A DNA stretch of 64,000 nucleotides from Patescibacteria group bacterium UBA6017 (GCA_002429485.1 DIZX01000016.1:14889-78888), one strand, 5' to 3'; counted from the stretch's first letter, positions 43,587-53,884 are shown. Notes: a model not told the origin generated them from the letters alone. Numbers and translations are program-made.

Positions 43587-43607
43587 CCAGCCATTGCACT
43601 TATGCTT
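43587..43607. repeat. 21-bp direct repeat (attR-like), identical to 40398-40418. The sequence just upstream of it weakly resembles the tRNA-Gln T-arm.
   Basis: ccagccattgcacttatgctt. Preceded by ggttccacctgagggatagctcg (compare ggttcgaatcctagcacc in the tRNA). Confidence 0.85.
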
Positions 43608-43627
43608 TTACCTTCTACAATGTAATT

Positions 43628-44266
43628 ATGCCACCAGTCACACCTGAACCAGAAAAATCAGCCGAACTGCCCACTGCCGAGCCAATCAAGAAAAAACATA
43701 TTGTTAGGAACATAATCCTTGCGCTGGTTGCCGTCGCCTTCCTGGGCGTAGCGGGTGTAGTTGCTTATATAGGTTTCGTCCTTGTTACTGCGTCAAATGA
43801 CTGCTCTTCCCGGACTGCTGAGCTAGAGACTATGGTTAAGCAAAATATTGCGTACCTGGATGGCATCACAATTCTTGATGGGCAACGACAAAATGCCTCC
43901 GGAGCCCCAGATGGTGACTGCTTAACGGGTCATGGCGGCCCGGCTACTGTTTTCTACCCTGTCTCAGGAAACGTCACAGATGTAAACGCGCAAGTTACCC
44001 GAAATATTAAGCAACGCGGTTTTGAGATGTCGTCGAAGTTCTATAACGATGGCCCGGGTAACACATCCGTAACGGACATTTGGACGACCGCAACGGACGG
44101 TAAAAATTCTTTAGAAATTAGGTACAAACTCAGTCAACCGTATAACTGTCCTGACACCAACCCCGCCTGCGCCGGTGAAGGAATTATCGAACAAGCCAAA
44201 CTCCTAACTTATCCAACTAGGCAAGTTACAGTTATATTGGGTGGAGTAATTGTCAGGCCCTATTGA
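43628..44266 (+). CDS. Membrane-anchored hypothetical protein with an extracytoplasmic Cys-containing domain.
   Basis: N-terminal TM helix IILALVAVAFLGVAGVVAYIGFVLV. 212 aa. Confidence 0.45.
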   Translation: MPPVTPEPEKSAELPTAEPIKKKHIVRNIILALVAVAFLGVAGVVAYIGFVLVTASNDCSSRTAELETMVKQNIAYLDGITILDGQRQNASGAPDGDCLTGHGGPATVFYPVSGNVTDVNAQVTRNIKQRGFEMSSKFYNDGPGNTSVTDIWTTATDGKNSLEIRYKLSQPYNCPDTNPACAGEGIIEQAKLLTYPTRQVTVILGGVIVRPY

Positions 44267-44470
44267 GGGCTATCACAAGCCCTATCAGGACCGAAACCCC
44301 TAGCCGAAATCGCGCTAAACGGCCCCTCGATTGTTAGGAAATTCGACCACAGCCCCAGCCAAGAAACTAGGTTACATTGCTAGGAAACGTAGGCCGACGC
44401 GTCGGGTGAGCTAACCAATAGGTGTTTAACCTCGGTGATAATGGCCAGCCAAAGCACTTTTTGCGGTTAA

Positions 44471-45460
44471 TTAGAGCGTGAGCGCCATCACGGCTTTGAT
44501 GGTATGCATGCGGTTTTCCGCTTGATCAAACACGATGCTGTGTTTGCTTCTAAATACCTCATCAGTCACTTCCAGCGCTTCTAGACCATATTCTTGCTTC
44601 ATATGTAGACCTGTTTCGGTCATTGTGTCATGAAACGCTGGCAAGCAGTGCATAAATTTAACGTCGGGCTTGTTCGTGGTTTTGATCATAGCCATATTTA
44701 CCTGGAAGTCACGCAGCAGTTCGATGCGTTCGGCATATTTATCTTCCTCGCCCATCGAGACCCATATATCGGTGTATATCGCATCGGCACCCGCCACGGC
44801 TTTGGCGATATCGTCCGTAATGGTAACCTTTGCGCCGCTCTTTTTCGCAAATTCATTAGCCTGCGCCACTAGAGTTTCATCCGGGAATAGTGATTTCGGT
44901 GCCGCAATTCTAAAGTCCAACCCCATCTGGGCCGACCCGAGCAGCAGGCTGTTGGCCATATTGTTGCGGCCATCACCCACAAATACCAGCGACAAGCCCC
45001 TCAACTCGCCCACATGCTCCTCGAGCGTCATGAAGTCGGCCAAAATCTGGGTGGGGTGAAATTCATCCGTGAGGCCGTTCCACACCGGTACCCCGGCGTG
45101 CTCCGCCAACCCCTCGACTGTCGAGTGAGCGAAGCCACGAAACTCGATGCCGTCAAACATCCGCCCCAGCACCTTGGCGGTGTCTTCCACGGATTCCTTC
45201 TTGCCGAGCTGAATATCATTCTTGCCCAAAAATTCCGGCGCAATGCCGAGATCGTTCGCTGCTACGGTAAAGGCGCACCTAGTCCTAGTAGAGGTTTTTT
45301 CGAACAACAGCGCGATATTTTTGCCCTCACAGTCGCGGTGCGGGGTGCCTGCCTGCTTGAGTTTCTTATACTGCCTGGCCGTGTCGATCAATAACTGTAT
45401 TTCTTCGGGGGTATAGTCGCTCAATGTTAAGAGAGAGCGGCCTTTTAGCTGACTTTTCAA
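44471..45460 (-). CDS. Ornithine carbamoyltransferase.
   Basis: STRTR carbamoyl-phosphate motif ([10 protein letters not shown]). HCLPA motif. ~330 aa ATCase/OTCase fold. Confidence 0.9.
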   Translation of the reverse strand: MKSQLKGRSLLTLSDYTPEEIQLLIDTARQYKKLKQAGTPHRDCEGKNIALLFEKTSTRTRCAFTVAANDLGIAPEFLGKNDIQLGKKESVEDTAKVLGRMFDGIEFRGFAHSTVEGLAEHAGVPVWNGLTDEFHPTQILADFMTLEEHVGELRGLSLVFVGDGRNNMANSLLLGSAQMGLDFRIAAPKSLFPDETLVAQANEFAKKSGAKVTITDDIAKAVAGADAIYTDIWVSMGEEDKYAERIELLRDFQVNMAMIKTTNKPDVKFMHCLPAFHDTMTETGLHMKQEYGLEALEVTDEVFRSKHSIVFDQAENRMHTIKAVMALTL

Positions 45461-45578
45461 TTGTTCTCCTCCAATTACTTTCTCACATACTCAACGCATT
45501 AAATCATATCAAGTAACTGGTTGCCTATGTCTAGATCAAGCCAGACATTATAATGCTACTGGTAAACAAGAGAACATC

Positions 45579-45893
45579 GTGACTATCGAAGAACTCCAGA
45601 CCCGCGCAGTAGAAGTTGCGGTTAAATACAGGCAGAAGAACGAAGATGACGGCCACGCAAAATGGGATGCTTCCGCCTACATGGCCGGTTTTGTTGGCGA
45701 CGTAGGCGACCTATCTAAACTCATCATGGCCCGCTCGAATCTTCGACACATCGACGATGTTGATAAAAAGATAGCTCATGAACTAAGAGACTGTCTCTGG
45801 TCGGTACTCGTATTGGCGCATCATCTCGAGGTAGATATTGAACAAGAATTTACAAATACTATGAAAGAGCTCGACGCGCGCCTGGCCGCTTAG
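45579..45893 (+). CDS. MazG-like nucleotide pyrophosphohydrolase (small single-domain form).
   Basis: EExxE/D helical metal motifs (FVGDVGDLSK ... HELRDCLWSVLVLAHHLEVD). 104 aa. Confidence 0.55.
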   Translation: MTIEELQTRAVEVAVKYRQKNEDDGHAKWDASAYMAGFVGDVGDLSKLIMARSNLRHIDDVDKKIAHELRDCLWSVLVLAHHLEVDIEQEFTNTMKELDARLAA

Positions 45894-46021
45894 CTAAGCC
45901 AAGCTCTCGACATTGGCCGCCGATGCGGCTACTCTTTGATATAACTCTAGGCTTAATGATTGTTTAAATTTTGGTCCTTAAGGTATAATCCCTCTACAGA
46001 AGCATAAAAAGGAGATAGAGA

Positions 46022-46294
46022 TTGAAGAATAAATGGTTGGCAGGAATTCTGAATATATTGCCTGGCGTAGGCTATCTGTATGTCGGCGTACGTACCCCAT
46101 TTGCGGTCATATTGCTGCTAATTCTTCCTGCAATTATCATTGGTGGCACTCTTGATCCAGCTCTAAATTCCAGTGCGGACACAAATTCTTCAATGAGCTG
46201 GGGCGTAGCCCTATTTTTCGGAGTGCCAATTGTGGCTTTTGTCGTAGATGCCTACTTGGCGGCAAAAGAGCACAACGGCCGAATAAAGAATTAG
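46022..46294 (+). CDS. Small membrane protein (two TM helices).
   Basis: Hydrophobic helices. 90 aa. Weak call. Confidence 0.35.
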   Translation: MKNKWLAGILNILPGVGYLYVGVRTPFAVILLLILPAIIIGGTLDPALNSSADTNSSMSWGVALFFGVPIVAFVVDAYLAAKEHNGRIKN

Positions 46295-46395
46295 CCGATA
46301 TTCAATGAGCACAGAATCGGCCCGACCTCGTCGATGATGATCCTCCATAGCACTTACGTTTAAAATATAATATCCTTTGACAAAGGGAGCATGCT

Positions 46396-46890
46396 TTGCT
46401 AAAACTCAACCAGCGCGGCTTTACTGCATTTGAGACGATCGTCGTCCTCCTCCTACTCGGAATATTAGGGATAGCAATATATCTTGCGTACTTAAATACT
46501 CCAGTTGCTCGTAAACCTTATAGCACGCCTGCCGCTAGTAAATATAAAAGCATCTGTGACTTCAATAATAATGAGGTAGGCTGTGGGCTCAATTCATTTA
46601 AAGTTCTCGCCCCAAGCGGAAACGAAAAAATATGTATCGGTAAAAACTACGATATCAAATGGGCCGCACCTGATGATGTGAGCACCGTTACAATTACCCT
46701 TCGAGAAGATGGTCTTTCCGGGCAAGAGTATAAGCTGGGTATATTCCCGGCCAGCCAAAAGCATTTCGTCTGGGGTGTAACTGGCATACCTGCAGGCTCT
46801 GTGTACAAGATATGGATCAATACGGTATATAAAAGCTCATCAGTGAATAACGTGAGCAGCGGACTACTTACCATTCAGGGGTGTAGCTAA
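46396..46890 (+). CDS. Type IV pilin/pseudopilin-like protein with an N-terminal prepilin cleavage/methylation motif.
   Basis: QRGFTAFETIVVLLLLGILG: G/FTxxE with Glu at +5, followed by a hydrophobic helix. C-terminal Cys pair. Confidence 0.65.
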   Translation: MLKLNQRGFTAFETIVVLLLLGILGIAIYLAYLNTPVARKPYSTPAASKYKSICDFNNNEVGCGLNSFKVLAPSGNEKICIGKNYDIKWAAPDDVSTVTITLREDGLSGQEYKLGIFPASQKHFVWGVTGIPAGSVYKIWINTVYKSSSVNNVSSGLLTIQGCS

Positions 46891-46931
46891 TATTTTTTGT
46901 ATCGCCGAGTAACCCTTCAGACACAATCTTT

Positions 46932-47246
46932 ATGTATAATTCTCTTATGAATAAAGTCGACTATCGGTGGATCGGCGTTGGCGCACTGGGAGTATTTGCG
47001 GCAATAAGCCTAGCTGTGTCATCTTCGCTGCTCCGCATGCTTTCGCCAAGTTATAGCTCGGTAATCATTCTTCTTGGCGCCGTAGTAACCATAATCCTCG
47101 CGGAGATATGGGGCGTTATGTATTGGAGAGCCTCTCGAAGCATATTGTCGACGACGACACTCGCTATGATTAATGTCGCAATTTTATGCAACCTAATCTA
47201 TTTAACGCCGGTATTTAGAATTATTTTCAGTCGGCTTTTTAGCTAA
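46932..47246 (+). CDS. Small membrane protein.
   Basis: Three hydrophobic segments. 104 aa. Confidence 0.35.
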   Translation: MYNSLMNKVDYRWIGVGALGVFAAISLAVSSSLLRMLSPSYSSVIILLGAVVTIILAEIWGVMYWRASRSILSTTTLAMINVAILCNLIYLTPVFRIIFSRLFS

Positions 47247-47358
47247 CAGTGCACTAACTCAATTGAATCGCTTGGTATTAGTACGTAGGTGTAACGAAAT
47301 CCAACCCCTACCGTTATATATACCAGTAGATCAAAATAATTGAGGTTAATTACTTTCA

Positions 47359-47817
47359 ATGTCCCCAGCAAAACTAATCCGTACCACGGCAATCGCCGGC
47401 GCTCTATCCGTAGCCGGTCTGCTCGCCGCTAATGTAGTATTAACCTCGGTTGCAATGCCTGGCGCACAGCCATCAGCAGTAGCTTCCGCCAAGGGCGGCA
47501 CCGGTGGTGGTGGTAGCATCAAGCCCAGCCTCCCAGCCGATTTCCCGATCGCCTTCCCGCTGCCCACCGGTACGCTGTTTGGTTCGACCGGAGTTTCCCC
47601 GACTTGGTCCGTGGGCCTGAACGTCAATGGTTCCTACAGTACCGTATTGCCCGACCTGCGTAGCTTCTATGTAGCTCAGGGGTTCACCGACCTCAACCCT
47701 ACCAGTGTAATACCCTTTGGCTTCGAGAACGCCAGCTACACCATTCAGGTAGTCGGCCGCTCTCACGACCACCTGGACACTAGCACCGATGTGACGATCG
47801 TAGTTAACCAGAAGTAA
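47359..47817 (+). CDS. Secreted hypothetical protein.
   Basis: Signal-peptide-like N-terminus TAIAGALSVAGLLAANVVLTSVAMPGAQP, followed by a Gly-rich linker. Confidence 0.4.
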   Translation: MSPAKLIRTTAIAGALSVAGLLAANVVLTSVAMPGAQPSAVASAKGGTGGGGSIKPSLPADFPIAFPLPTGTLFGSTGVSPTWSVGLNVNGSYSTVLPDLRSFYVAQGFTDLNPTSVIPFGFENASYTIQVVGRSHDHLDTSTDVTIVVNQK

Positions 47818-47894
47818 CTGGTTCTAGATCGGTAACACTAAAAACCCCGACGCAAGTCGGGGTTTTTAGTGTTTGATATTTGACGGTAAAAAAG

Positions 47895-48509
47895 TTATGA
47901 GGTTAGCTTTCGTTCTCTGTCGCTGGCCGCTTTGAGCCCGGCATCAATTGATTGAGCGGCCTGAACACTAGCCTTAGCCCGAGCATCTTGGAGTACTTTG
48001 GTGCAGTACTCGAGCGCACGGTAGCTTTCCGGCGACGTGCGCCCGACATCGTAAATGTAGGAGTCAATTGTGACGGCTACCAATTTGGAGTCGGCGTGAG
48101 TTTCCACAAGATGCCGCACTTCATCGCTGCGGCGCATCATCATTTGGTCGCGGTAAGCCGGTTGAACCGCCACGGTAATCTGCTCGCTCGCTCGTTTAAG
48201 CGAATACGTGAGGTCTCCGGGGTAGCTGCTTCGTGCCACACTGGTCACAAAAATTCCGCCGATAAGTGCTGCCGAAAAACCAACCGCGGTCATCCAGGGC
48301 ATCCAGCGCTTGGGTTCATTGCTCGTAGCAATAATCTGCCTGGCCAGTTCCCGCTTGAGTTCGGATGAGTGGTGGATTTGAGCCGGGTGGGGGAGCTCAT
48401 GCAGGGCAGCACCTAGCTGGGCTAATTGCGCAGCCTCATCGTGTGATGCACCGGCCTTCCTCAGCTCGGTCTCCAGTTGGTTTGTGTTGTTCGAGTTCAT
48501 CCTACTCAT
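47895..48509 (-). CDS. Probable anti-sigma factor (single-pass membrane protein) downstream of the ECF sigma gene.
   Basis: Helical N-terminus, then a TM helix WMPWMTAVGFSAALIGGIFV, then an extracytoplasmic domain. Start placed at the internal Met (48509). Adjacent to the sigma gene. Confidence 0.45.
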   Translation of the reverse strand: MSRMNSNNTNQLETELRKAGASHDEAAQLAQLGAALHELPHPAQIHHSSELKRELARQIIATSNEPKRWMPWMTAVGFSAALIGGIFVTSVARSSYPGDLTYSLKRASEQITVAVQPAYRDQMMMRRSDEVRHLVETHADSKLVAVTIDSYIYDVGRTSPESYRALEYCTKVLQDARAKASVQAAQSIDAGLKAASDRERKLTS

Positions 48510-49017
48510 GCTCCGTGAGTGTAATTTGTAACTTTTTAAGTGCTCGGTGCTGCAGTACGCGAACGTTACCTTCATTCAATCCTAGCACTTCGCCAGTCTC
48601 CTTGGCCGATAATCCCTCGATGAAGCGCAATTCCACGACAGACCGAAGTTTTTTGGGCAGTCGGCCGACCGCCAGCTTGAGGCTTTTGGCGTCGTCGTTT
48701 CGGGTAACATCCTCGAGCAGATTCTCTGAGCTCACTAAGTGTTCCACGCTATCGCACATCGGGACCTCTTTGTGCTTGCGCCAGTGGTCGATGAGCAGGT
48801 TCTGCGCGATGCGGTAGAGCCAGGCTTTATACGAACCGCCATTGAATTTTTCCTTACTGCGCCACGCTTTTGCGAAAGTTTCGCTGGTCAGATCTTCCGC
48901 CAACAAAGGCTCCGATGTTCGCCACAACAGGTACCTTTTGATGGCATCGGCGTGAGCAACATAGGCCTCTTCGAATTGCGACTCTCGATCAATCAGGCTA
49001 TCCACGAACTCTTTCAC
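48502..49017 (-). CDS. ECF-type RNA polymerase sigma-70 family factor.
   Basis: Region 2 (YLLWRTSEPLLAEDLTSETFAKAW...WLYRIAQNLLIDHWR) and region 4 HTH (LSAKETGEVLGLNEGNVRVLQHRALKKL). Confidence 0.7.
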   Translation of the reverse strand: MKEFVDSLIDRESQFEEAYVAHADAIKRYLLWRTSEPLLAEDLTSETFAKAWRSKEKFNGGSYKAWLYRIAQNLLIDHWRKHKEVPMCDSVEHLVSSENLLEDVTRNDDAKSLKLAVGRLPKKLRSVVELRFIEGLSAKETGEVLGLNEGNVRVLQHRALKKLQITLTEHE

Positions 49018-49154
49018 TCATTAAGACGTATCAACTCGCAATACGTTACACTTGGCTAGCAAAAAATAATCAAAATTGACTTTTTTCTCTCTTGGCCACG
49101 CTATGTCGACATCATAGCACCTTTATCTCGGTTCAGATGTGATCCGTCAGAGCC

Positions 49155-51194
49155 TTAGGCGACGCCGGCGACTAGGGGTTCCGCAAACTGGCTGTTGTAT
49201 AGCGAAGCGTAGAAGCCGTTTTGGCCCAGCAGCTGATCGTGAGTGCCTTGCTCCACGATATTGCCGTCCTGCATGACCAGGATGAGATCGGCGTTTCGTA
49301 TCGTTGAAAGACGATGAGCGATCACAAAGCTCGTGCGGCCTTTCATGAGTCGCTCCATGGCCGACTGGATCAGTGTTTCGGTGCGGGTGTCGACCGAACT
49401 CGTGGCTTCATCCAGTATCAGCATTGGCGTATCGGCTAGCATCGCGCGCGCAATAGTAATCAGCTGCTTCTCTCCTTGAGAAACGTTGTCCGCCTCCTCG
49501 TTCAGCTCCATCTTGTATCCGCCCGGAAGTGCGTGAATAAAGTGATCGGCATGCGCCGCCTCTGCCGCCTTCACTACTTCCTTGTGTGTAGCCTTGGATT
49601 TCCCATAGGCGATATTATCTTCGATTGTGCCATTAAACAGCCAGGTATCTTGCAGTACCATGCCGAAGAGGCGGCGCAAGTCGGAGCGCCTCATATCTCG
49701 GATATCAACGCCATCCACTCGAATTGAACCCTCGCTTACATCGTAGAATCTCATTAGCAGGTTTACGATAGTCGTTTTGCCTGCTCCGGTCGGGCCGACA
49801 ATTGCAACGCGCTGTCCGGGTCGGATGCTGGCATTCAGACCTTTAATGATGGTCTTCTCCGGCGAATATCCAAAGACTACATTCTCGAACTCCACGCCTC
49901 CTCTAGCTTTGCCGAGGGCCACCGGTTGCGCTGCCTCAGCCACCTCTTCCTCTTCGGCCAAAAATTCGAATACCCGCTCGGCAGCAGCAGCGGTCGATTG
50001 CAGGACGTTCGCAATATTAGCAGTTTGCGCTATGGGCTGAGTAAATTGGTTCATGTACTGTATGAAGGCCTGAATGTCTCCAATATTAATCTTGCCGTTG
50101 ACCGCCAGCCACCCGCCCAGCACGGCCACCGCGACATAGCCCAAATTGCCGACAAATTGCATGATTGGCATCATCAGCCCCGACAAGAACTGAGACCTCC
50201 AGGCGCTGCCGTAGAGCTCGGTGTTGATTGAGCGAAAAGCCGCCACCGACCGCTGCTCGCCATTGAACGCCTTCATCACCGTATGTCCGGACAGCATCTC
50301 TTCCACGTGGCCGTTGATCTTGCCCAGAGACACCTGCTGCTGCACGAAGTAACCCTGCGAGCGTCCGACGATCAGCTTAATCAGGACGATGCTGACCGGC
50401 AGAACCAGCAACGCCACCACCGTCATTTGCCAACTGATTGTGAGCATTATAATCAGTATCCCGATGATGGTCGTCACGGAGGTTACGATTTGGCTCAGGC
50501 TTTGGTTTAGGGTCTGGCTGACGGTATCTACATCGTTGGTAACCCGGCTCAACACCTCGCCGTGGGTTCGGTTGTCGAAATACCGCAGCGGCAGCAGGCT
50601 GATTTTCAGGGAGATATCCCGCCGCAAGTTGAAGGTGACCTTCTGTGATACTCCGGACATTATCCAGCCCTGAAGATAACTAAAGAGTGCACTGAGGAGG
50701 TATAGCCCCACCAGCAACATTGCCAGCCCGCCGATGCCGCCGAAATCAATCGTTGGCCGCTTGGACAGATCAAGGGATTTTATCGTTTCAAGTTCTTTGG
50801 CGGGAATTCTTTGTATGTCGCTCGGCGGCATGAGTTTCAGTAGCTTAGCTCCGGTCATCCCAGGAGGAAGCTGCATCCCCCGAGGGAGCTTACTGACAAC
50901 TTGATCGTAGACTTTTCCGTCTACGTAGCCGGAGACTATTTTGTTCGTAACATTGCCTAAAATCTTCGGGCTTACGATGGCAAACATGGTGCTGGCGATA
51001 GCAAAAATCAGGACAGCGGTAATTGACAGCCGAAACGGCCGTAGGTACTTCACTAGCGTCCGCATAGTCCCTTTGAAGTTTTTTGGTTTTTCGGCTGGTC
51101 CGCCCATCATTGGGCCGCGACCCATTCCCATACCCATGGCGGGGCGCGGATTCTGAGGGGCTATCGGTGCTGAGTTTGGACGAGCAGTACTCAT
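49155..51194 (-). CDS. ABC exporter, fused permease and ATPase (heterodimer partner B).
   Basis: Six TM helices plus an NBD with Walker A GPTGAGKTT, signature LSQGEKQLITIARA and Walker B LILDEATS. Confidence 0.9.
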   Translation of the reverse strand: MSTARPNSAPIAPQNPRPAMGMGMGRGPMMGGPAEKPKNFKGTMRTLVKYLRPFRLSITAVLIFAIASTMFAIVSPKILGNVTNKIVSGYVDGKVYDQVVSKLPRGMQLPPGMTGAKLLKLMPPSDIQRIPAKELETIKSLDLSKRPTIDFGGIGGLAMLLVGLYLLSALFSYLQGWIMSGVSQKVTFNLRRDISLKISLLPLRYFDNRTHGEVLSRVTNDVDTVSQTLNQSLSQIVTSVTTIIGILIIMLTISWQMTVVALLVLPVSIVLIKLIVGRSQGYFVQQQVSLGKINGHVEEMLSGHTVMKAFNGEQRSVAAFRSINTELYGSAWRSQFLSGLMMPIMQFVGNLGYVAVAVLGGWLAVNGKINIGDIQAFIQYMNQFTQPIAQTANIANVLQSTAAAAERVFEFLAEEEEVAEAAQPVALGKARGGVEFENVVFGYSPEKTIIKGLNASIRPGQRVAIVGPTGAGKTTIVNLLMRFYDVSEGSIRVDGVDIRDMRRSDLRRLFGMVLQDTWLFNGTIEDNIAYGKSKATHKEVVKAAEAAHADHFIHALPGGYKMELNEEADNVSQGEKQLITIARAMLADTPMLILDEATSSVDTRTETLIQSAMERLMKGRTSFVIAHRLSTIRNADLILVMQDGNIVEQGTHDQLLGQNGFYASLYNSQFAEPLVAGVA

Positions 51195-52990
51195 AGCGCT
51201 TCCCCGGTTGAGAGCTGGCCGCCCTGGTAGGCTTGGTCATCTGTTTCGCTTAAGGCCCGGGCCAGCTCGGCCTCGGACAGTTGAGACGAGGCTATCTCGC
51301 GGTAAACAGCGCAGGTTCGCAGGAGTTCGCTATGAGTACCCTGACCGACGATACTCCCGGCCTCAAGTACCACAATCTTTTCGGCTTGGATGATTGTGCT
51401 GATCCGTTGGGCCACAATCAGTACAGTCTTGCCCTTAGTCTCCTTCTCCAGCGCCTTGCGCAAATTGGCGTCGGTCTTAAAGTCTAGCGAAGAAAAACTA
51501 TCATCGAAGATGTATATTTCCGGTTTCTTCGCGAGAGCCCTGGCTATTGCCAGACGCTGCTTCTGGCCGCCCGAAACGTTGGCTCCCCCCTGAGAAATCG
51601 GGCTCTCCAACCCATCCTCAAGCTGGCCGATAAAGTCGGATGCCTGGGCGATCTCGGCCGCGTGGCTCACTTCATCGCGAGTCGCCTTCGGGTCTCCGTA
51701 CTTGATGTTATCCTCGACGTTACCCGAAAAGAGCACCGCCTTCTGGGACACGTAGCCGATCCTAGCTCGCAGGTCTTCCTGGCGCATATCTCGGACATTA
51801 ACCTCGTCAACCAGAATAGTCCCATCGGTCACATCATAAAAACGGGGGATTAGATTCACTAGCGTGGACTTGCCGCTGCCGGTACTGCCGACAAACGCCG
51901 TTGTCTCACCGGGTACGGCAGTAAAGTTGAGGTGGTGCAGCACCGGCTCTTCTGCGCCGGCGTAGCCAAATGTCACGTCCTTAAACTCAACCAAGCCCTT
52001 GTTCAGGGGGGCTTTTATCGGGCGCTTGGGATCTTTGATCGTTGCTTCGGTATCCAGGACTTCCGCCACGCGTTCGGCCGAAACTGACGCACGCGGTACC
52101 ATAATGAAAATAATCGAGATCATGAGGAAGGCAAAAATAGCCTGCATGGCGTACTGCATAAACGCCAGCATGTCGCCGATCTGCAAGCTGCCCATATTGA
52201 TTTGCTGCGCTCCCACCCAGACTACCGCTATCGAGGTGAGGTTCAGGATCAGCATCATGGCCGGCTGCATAATGACCATCAGCCGGTTTACGAACAGGTT
52301 AACGTCGGTGAGGTCCTGATTGGCGTTCTTAAATTTAGCCTCTTCGTAGCTTTCCGTATTAAAGGCCCGGATCACCCGCAGACCCGTCAATATCTCCCGA
52401 GTGACCAGGTTGAGCCGATCCACCAGCTTCTGTAACTGGGTAAACTTAGGGATAGCAGTGATGAACAGGGTCGCAATGATGAGAATGAGCGTCCCGATTG
52501 CAATGGCCATAATCCAGGCCATGGAAGGTGCCAGCTGGTAGGCCTTAATAATCGCGCCGACTCCCATGAACGGGGCCATGAGCGCCAGGCGCAGGAGCAT
52601 GCCCAATACCGTCTGTATTTGCTGAATATCGTTAGTGCAACGCGTGATGAGGGAAGCGGTTGAAAAGGTATTAAACTCCAGTAGCGAGAAGCTTTCCACC
52701 TTGGTAAAGATCTCATCGCGCAGGCGCATAGCAAATCCGGTCGCTACTTTCGAGGCCAAATATCCGACGCCCACCATGCACGCTCCGCCGAAAAGGGCGA
52801 TCAGCAGCATTATCAGCCCATTACTAAATATTACGTTGCTGTCTTGGCCTACGATTCCCTGGTTTATGATCCTGGCCATGTAGTCGGGCAGGGCCAATGT
52901 TGCCGTCGTCTGCCCGTAGGTGAGTATCAGCATCAGTATCAGGAACCATTTATAGGGAGCAAAGTATTTGAGTAGTTTCAGCGTCTTCAT
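51191..52990 (-). CDS. ABC exporter, fused permease and ATPase (heterodimer partner A).
   Basis: TMD plus an NBD with Walker A GSTGSGKST, signature VSGGQKQRLAIARA and Walker B IFDDSFSSLD. Start/stop overlaps with its neighbours. Confidence 0.9.
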   Translation of the reverse strand: MKTLKLLKYFAPYKWFLILMLILTYGQTTATLALPDYMARIINQGIVGQDSNVIFSNGLIMLLIALFGGACMVGVGYLASKVATGFAMRLRDEIFTKVESFSLLEFNTFSTASLITRCTNDIQQIQTVLGMLLRLALMAPFMGVGAIIKAYQLAPSMAWIMAIAIGTLILIIATLFITAIPKFTQLQKLVDRLNLVTREILTGLRVIRAFNTESYEEAKFKNANQDLTDVNLFVNRLMVIMQPAMMLILNLTSIAVVWVGAQQINMGSLQIGDMLAFMQYAMQAIFAFLMISIIFIMVPRASVSAERVAEVLDTEATIKDPKRPIKAPLNKGLVEFKDVTFGYAGAEEPVLHHLNFTAVPGETTAFVGSTGSGKSTLVNLIPRFYDVTDGTILVDEVNVRDMRQEDLRARIGYVSQKAVLFSGNVEDNIKYGDPKATRDEVSHAAEIAQASDFIGQLEDGLESPISQGGANVSGGQKQRLAIARALAKKPEIYIFDDSFSSLDFKTDANLRKALEKETKGKTVLIVAQRISTIIQAEKIVVLEAGSIVGQGTHSELLRTCAVYREIASSQLSEAELARALSETDDQAYQGGQLSTGEAL

Positions 52991-53415
52991 AATTTACCGG
53001 GCTCCTGGAGCAAGCTCAAGATTCGGTCAAGCTCGAGCATATCTTTGAGCTCCAATCTATCCAGCATAGCTCCAGTTTGCATCATCTTCATATTTAACAA
53101 CTCGACCAGCTTACGCCCGGCCTCGGCCGATAACTCGAGGCGGATACCTCTACGGTCATTATCGTCCGGCGTTCGGACCAGCCATCCGGACTCAACCAGC
53201 CGATCAGCCAGTAGCGTAGCGGAACCGGGAGAGATAAGCAGCTCATCCGCCAGTTCACGCATCCGGACCGGCTGCTCATTTTTGACAAAGAACAAGGCCT
53301 GCATCTGGTGCATGGTGAGATTCTCTACCCCCATGCCGCCGGCCCCCTGCTGCCGGGTACGGCGACTAATTTGGTAAAGGTGGGTGATTATGGAGCGCTT
53401 AATATCTTCGTGCAT
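52987..53415 (-). CDS. MarR-family transcriptional regulator.
   Basis: Winged-helix region LTMHQMQALFFV...RLVESGWLVRTPDDNDRRGIRLELSAEG. First gene of the ABC-exporter operon. Confidence 0.8.
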   Translation of the reverse strand: MHEDIKRSIITHLYQISRRTRQQGAGGMGVENLTMHQMQALFFVKNEQPVRMRELADELLISPGSATLLADRLVESGWLVRTPDDNDRRGIRLELSAEAGRKLVELLNMKMMQTGAMLDRLELKDMLELDRILSLLQEPGKL

Positions 53416-53500
53416 GCCGCATCAATCAATTACGTTTGATATACGAATAGTTTGTATCTAAAAGTAATATACAAATTAACCAAAATCTCGTCAACCGATA

Positions 53501-53815
53501 GTGCTAACTATAAGCGTTATAGTGTATCATTATCTGCATATGACCAAGCAAAAGACCAACTCGACCTTCGATAATATTGCCATGGCTGCCGCCGTTGCAA
53601 TGCCGCTGATGACCATTCCTCAGCTAGCCAGTGTGCTCAAGGGCCACGTAGAAGGCGTTTCATTGCTCACATGGTCACTGTACACGTTAGTATCCCTTGT
53701 CTTTGCCATTATGGGTTATAAGCGTAGGGACAAAACTCTGATTGTGGCTTATGTCCCTATGTTTCTTCTCGAAGTCGGTATAGTGGGCGGCTTATTGGTG
53801 GTGCATACTAAGTAG
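53501..53815 (+). CDS. PQ-loop/SemiSWEET-like small membrane transporter.
   Basis: Three TM helices with MPLMTIPQLASVLKG (PQ motif) in the first helix. ~100 aa. Confidence 0.5.
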   Translation: MLTISVIVYHYLHMTKQKTNSTFDNIAMAAAVAMPLMTIPQLASVLKGHVEGVSLLTWSLYTLVSLVFAIMGYKRRDKTLIVAYVPMFLLEVGIVGGLLVVHTK

Positions 53816-53884
53816 ACGAAAAAGCCAAAACGGGTCCCATTGATTTGTATTACAATACGAATTAAGTAAGAAGCGGAGCTAGTT

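Noticed and set aside
43520-43594. tRNA-like 3' fragment ending ...GCCAGCCA upstream of the right-hand 21-bp repeat, considered as a second tRNA-Gln gene.
   Set aside because: Only the last ~25 nt resemble the tRNA-Gln T-arm and acceptor. No cloverleaf can be folded, with D and anticodon arms absent. It is interpreted as the decayed attR-side partial duplication.
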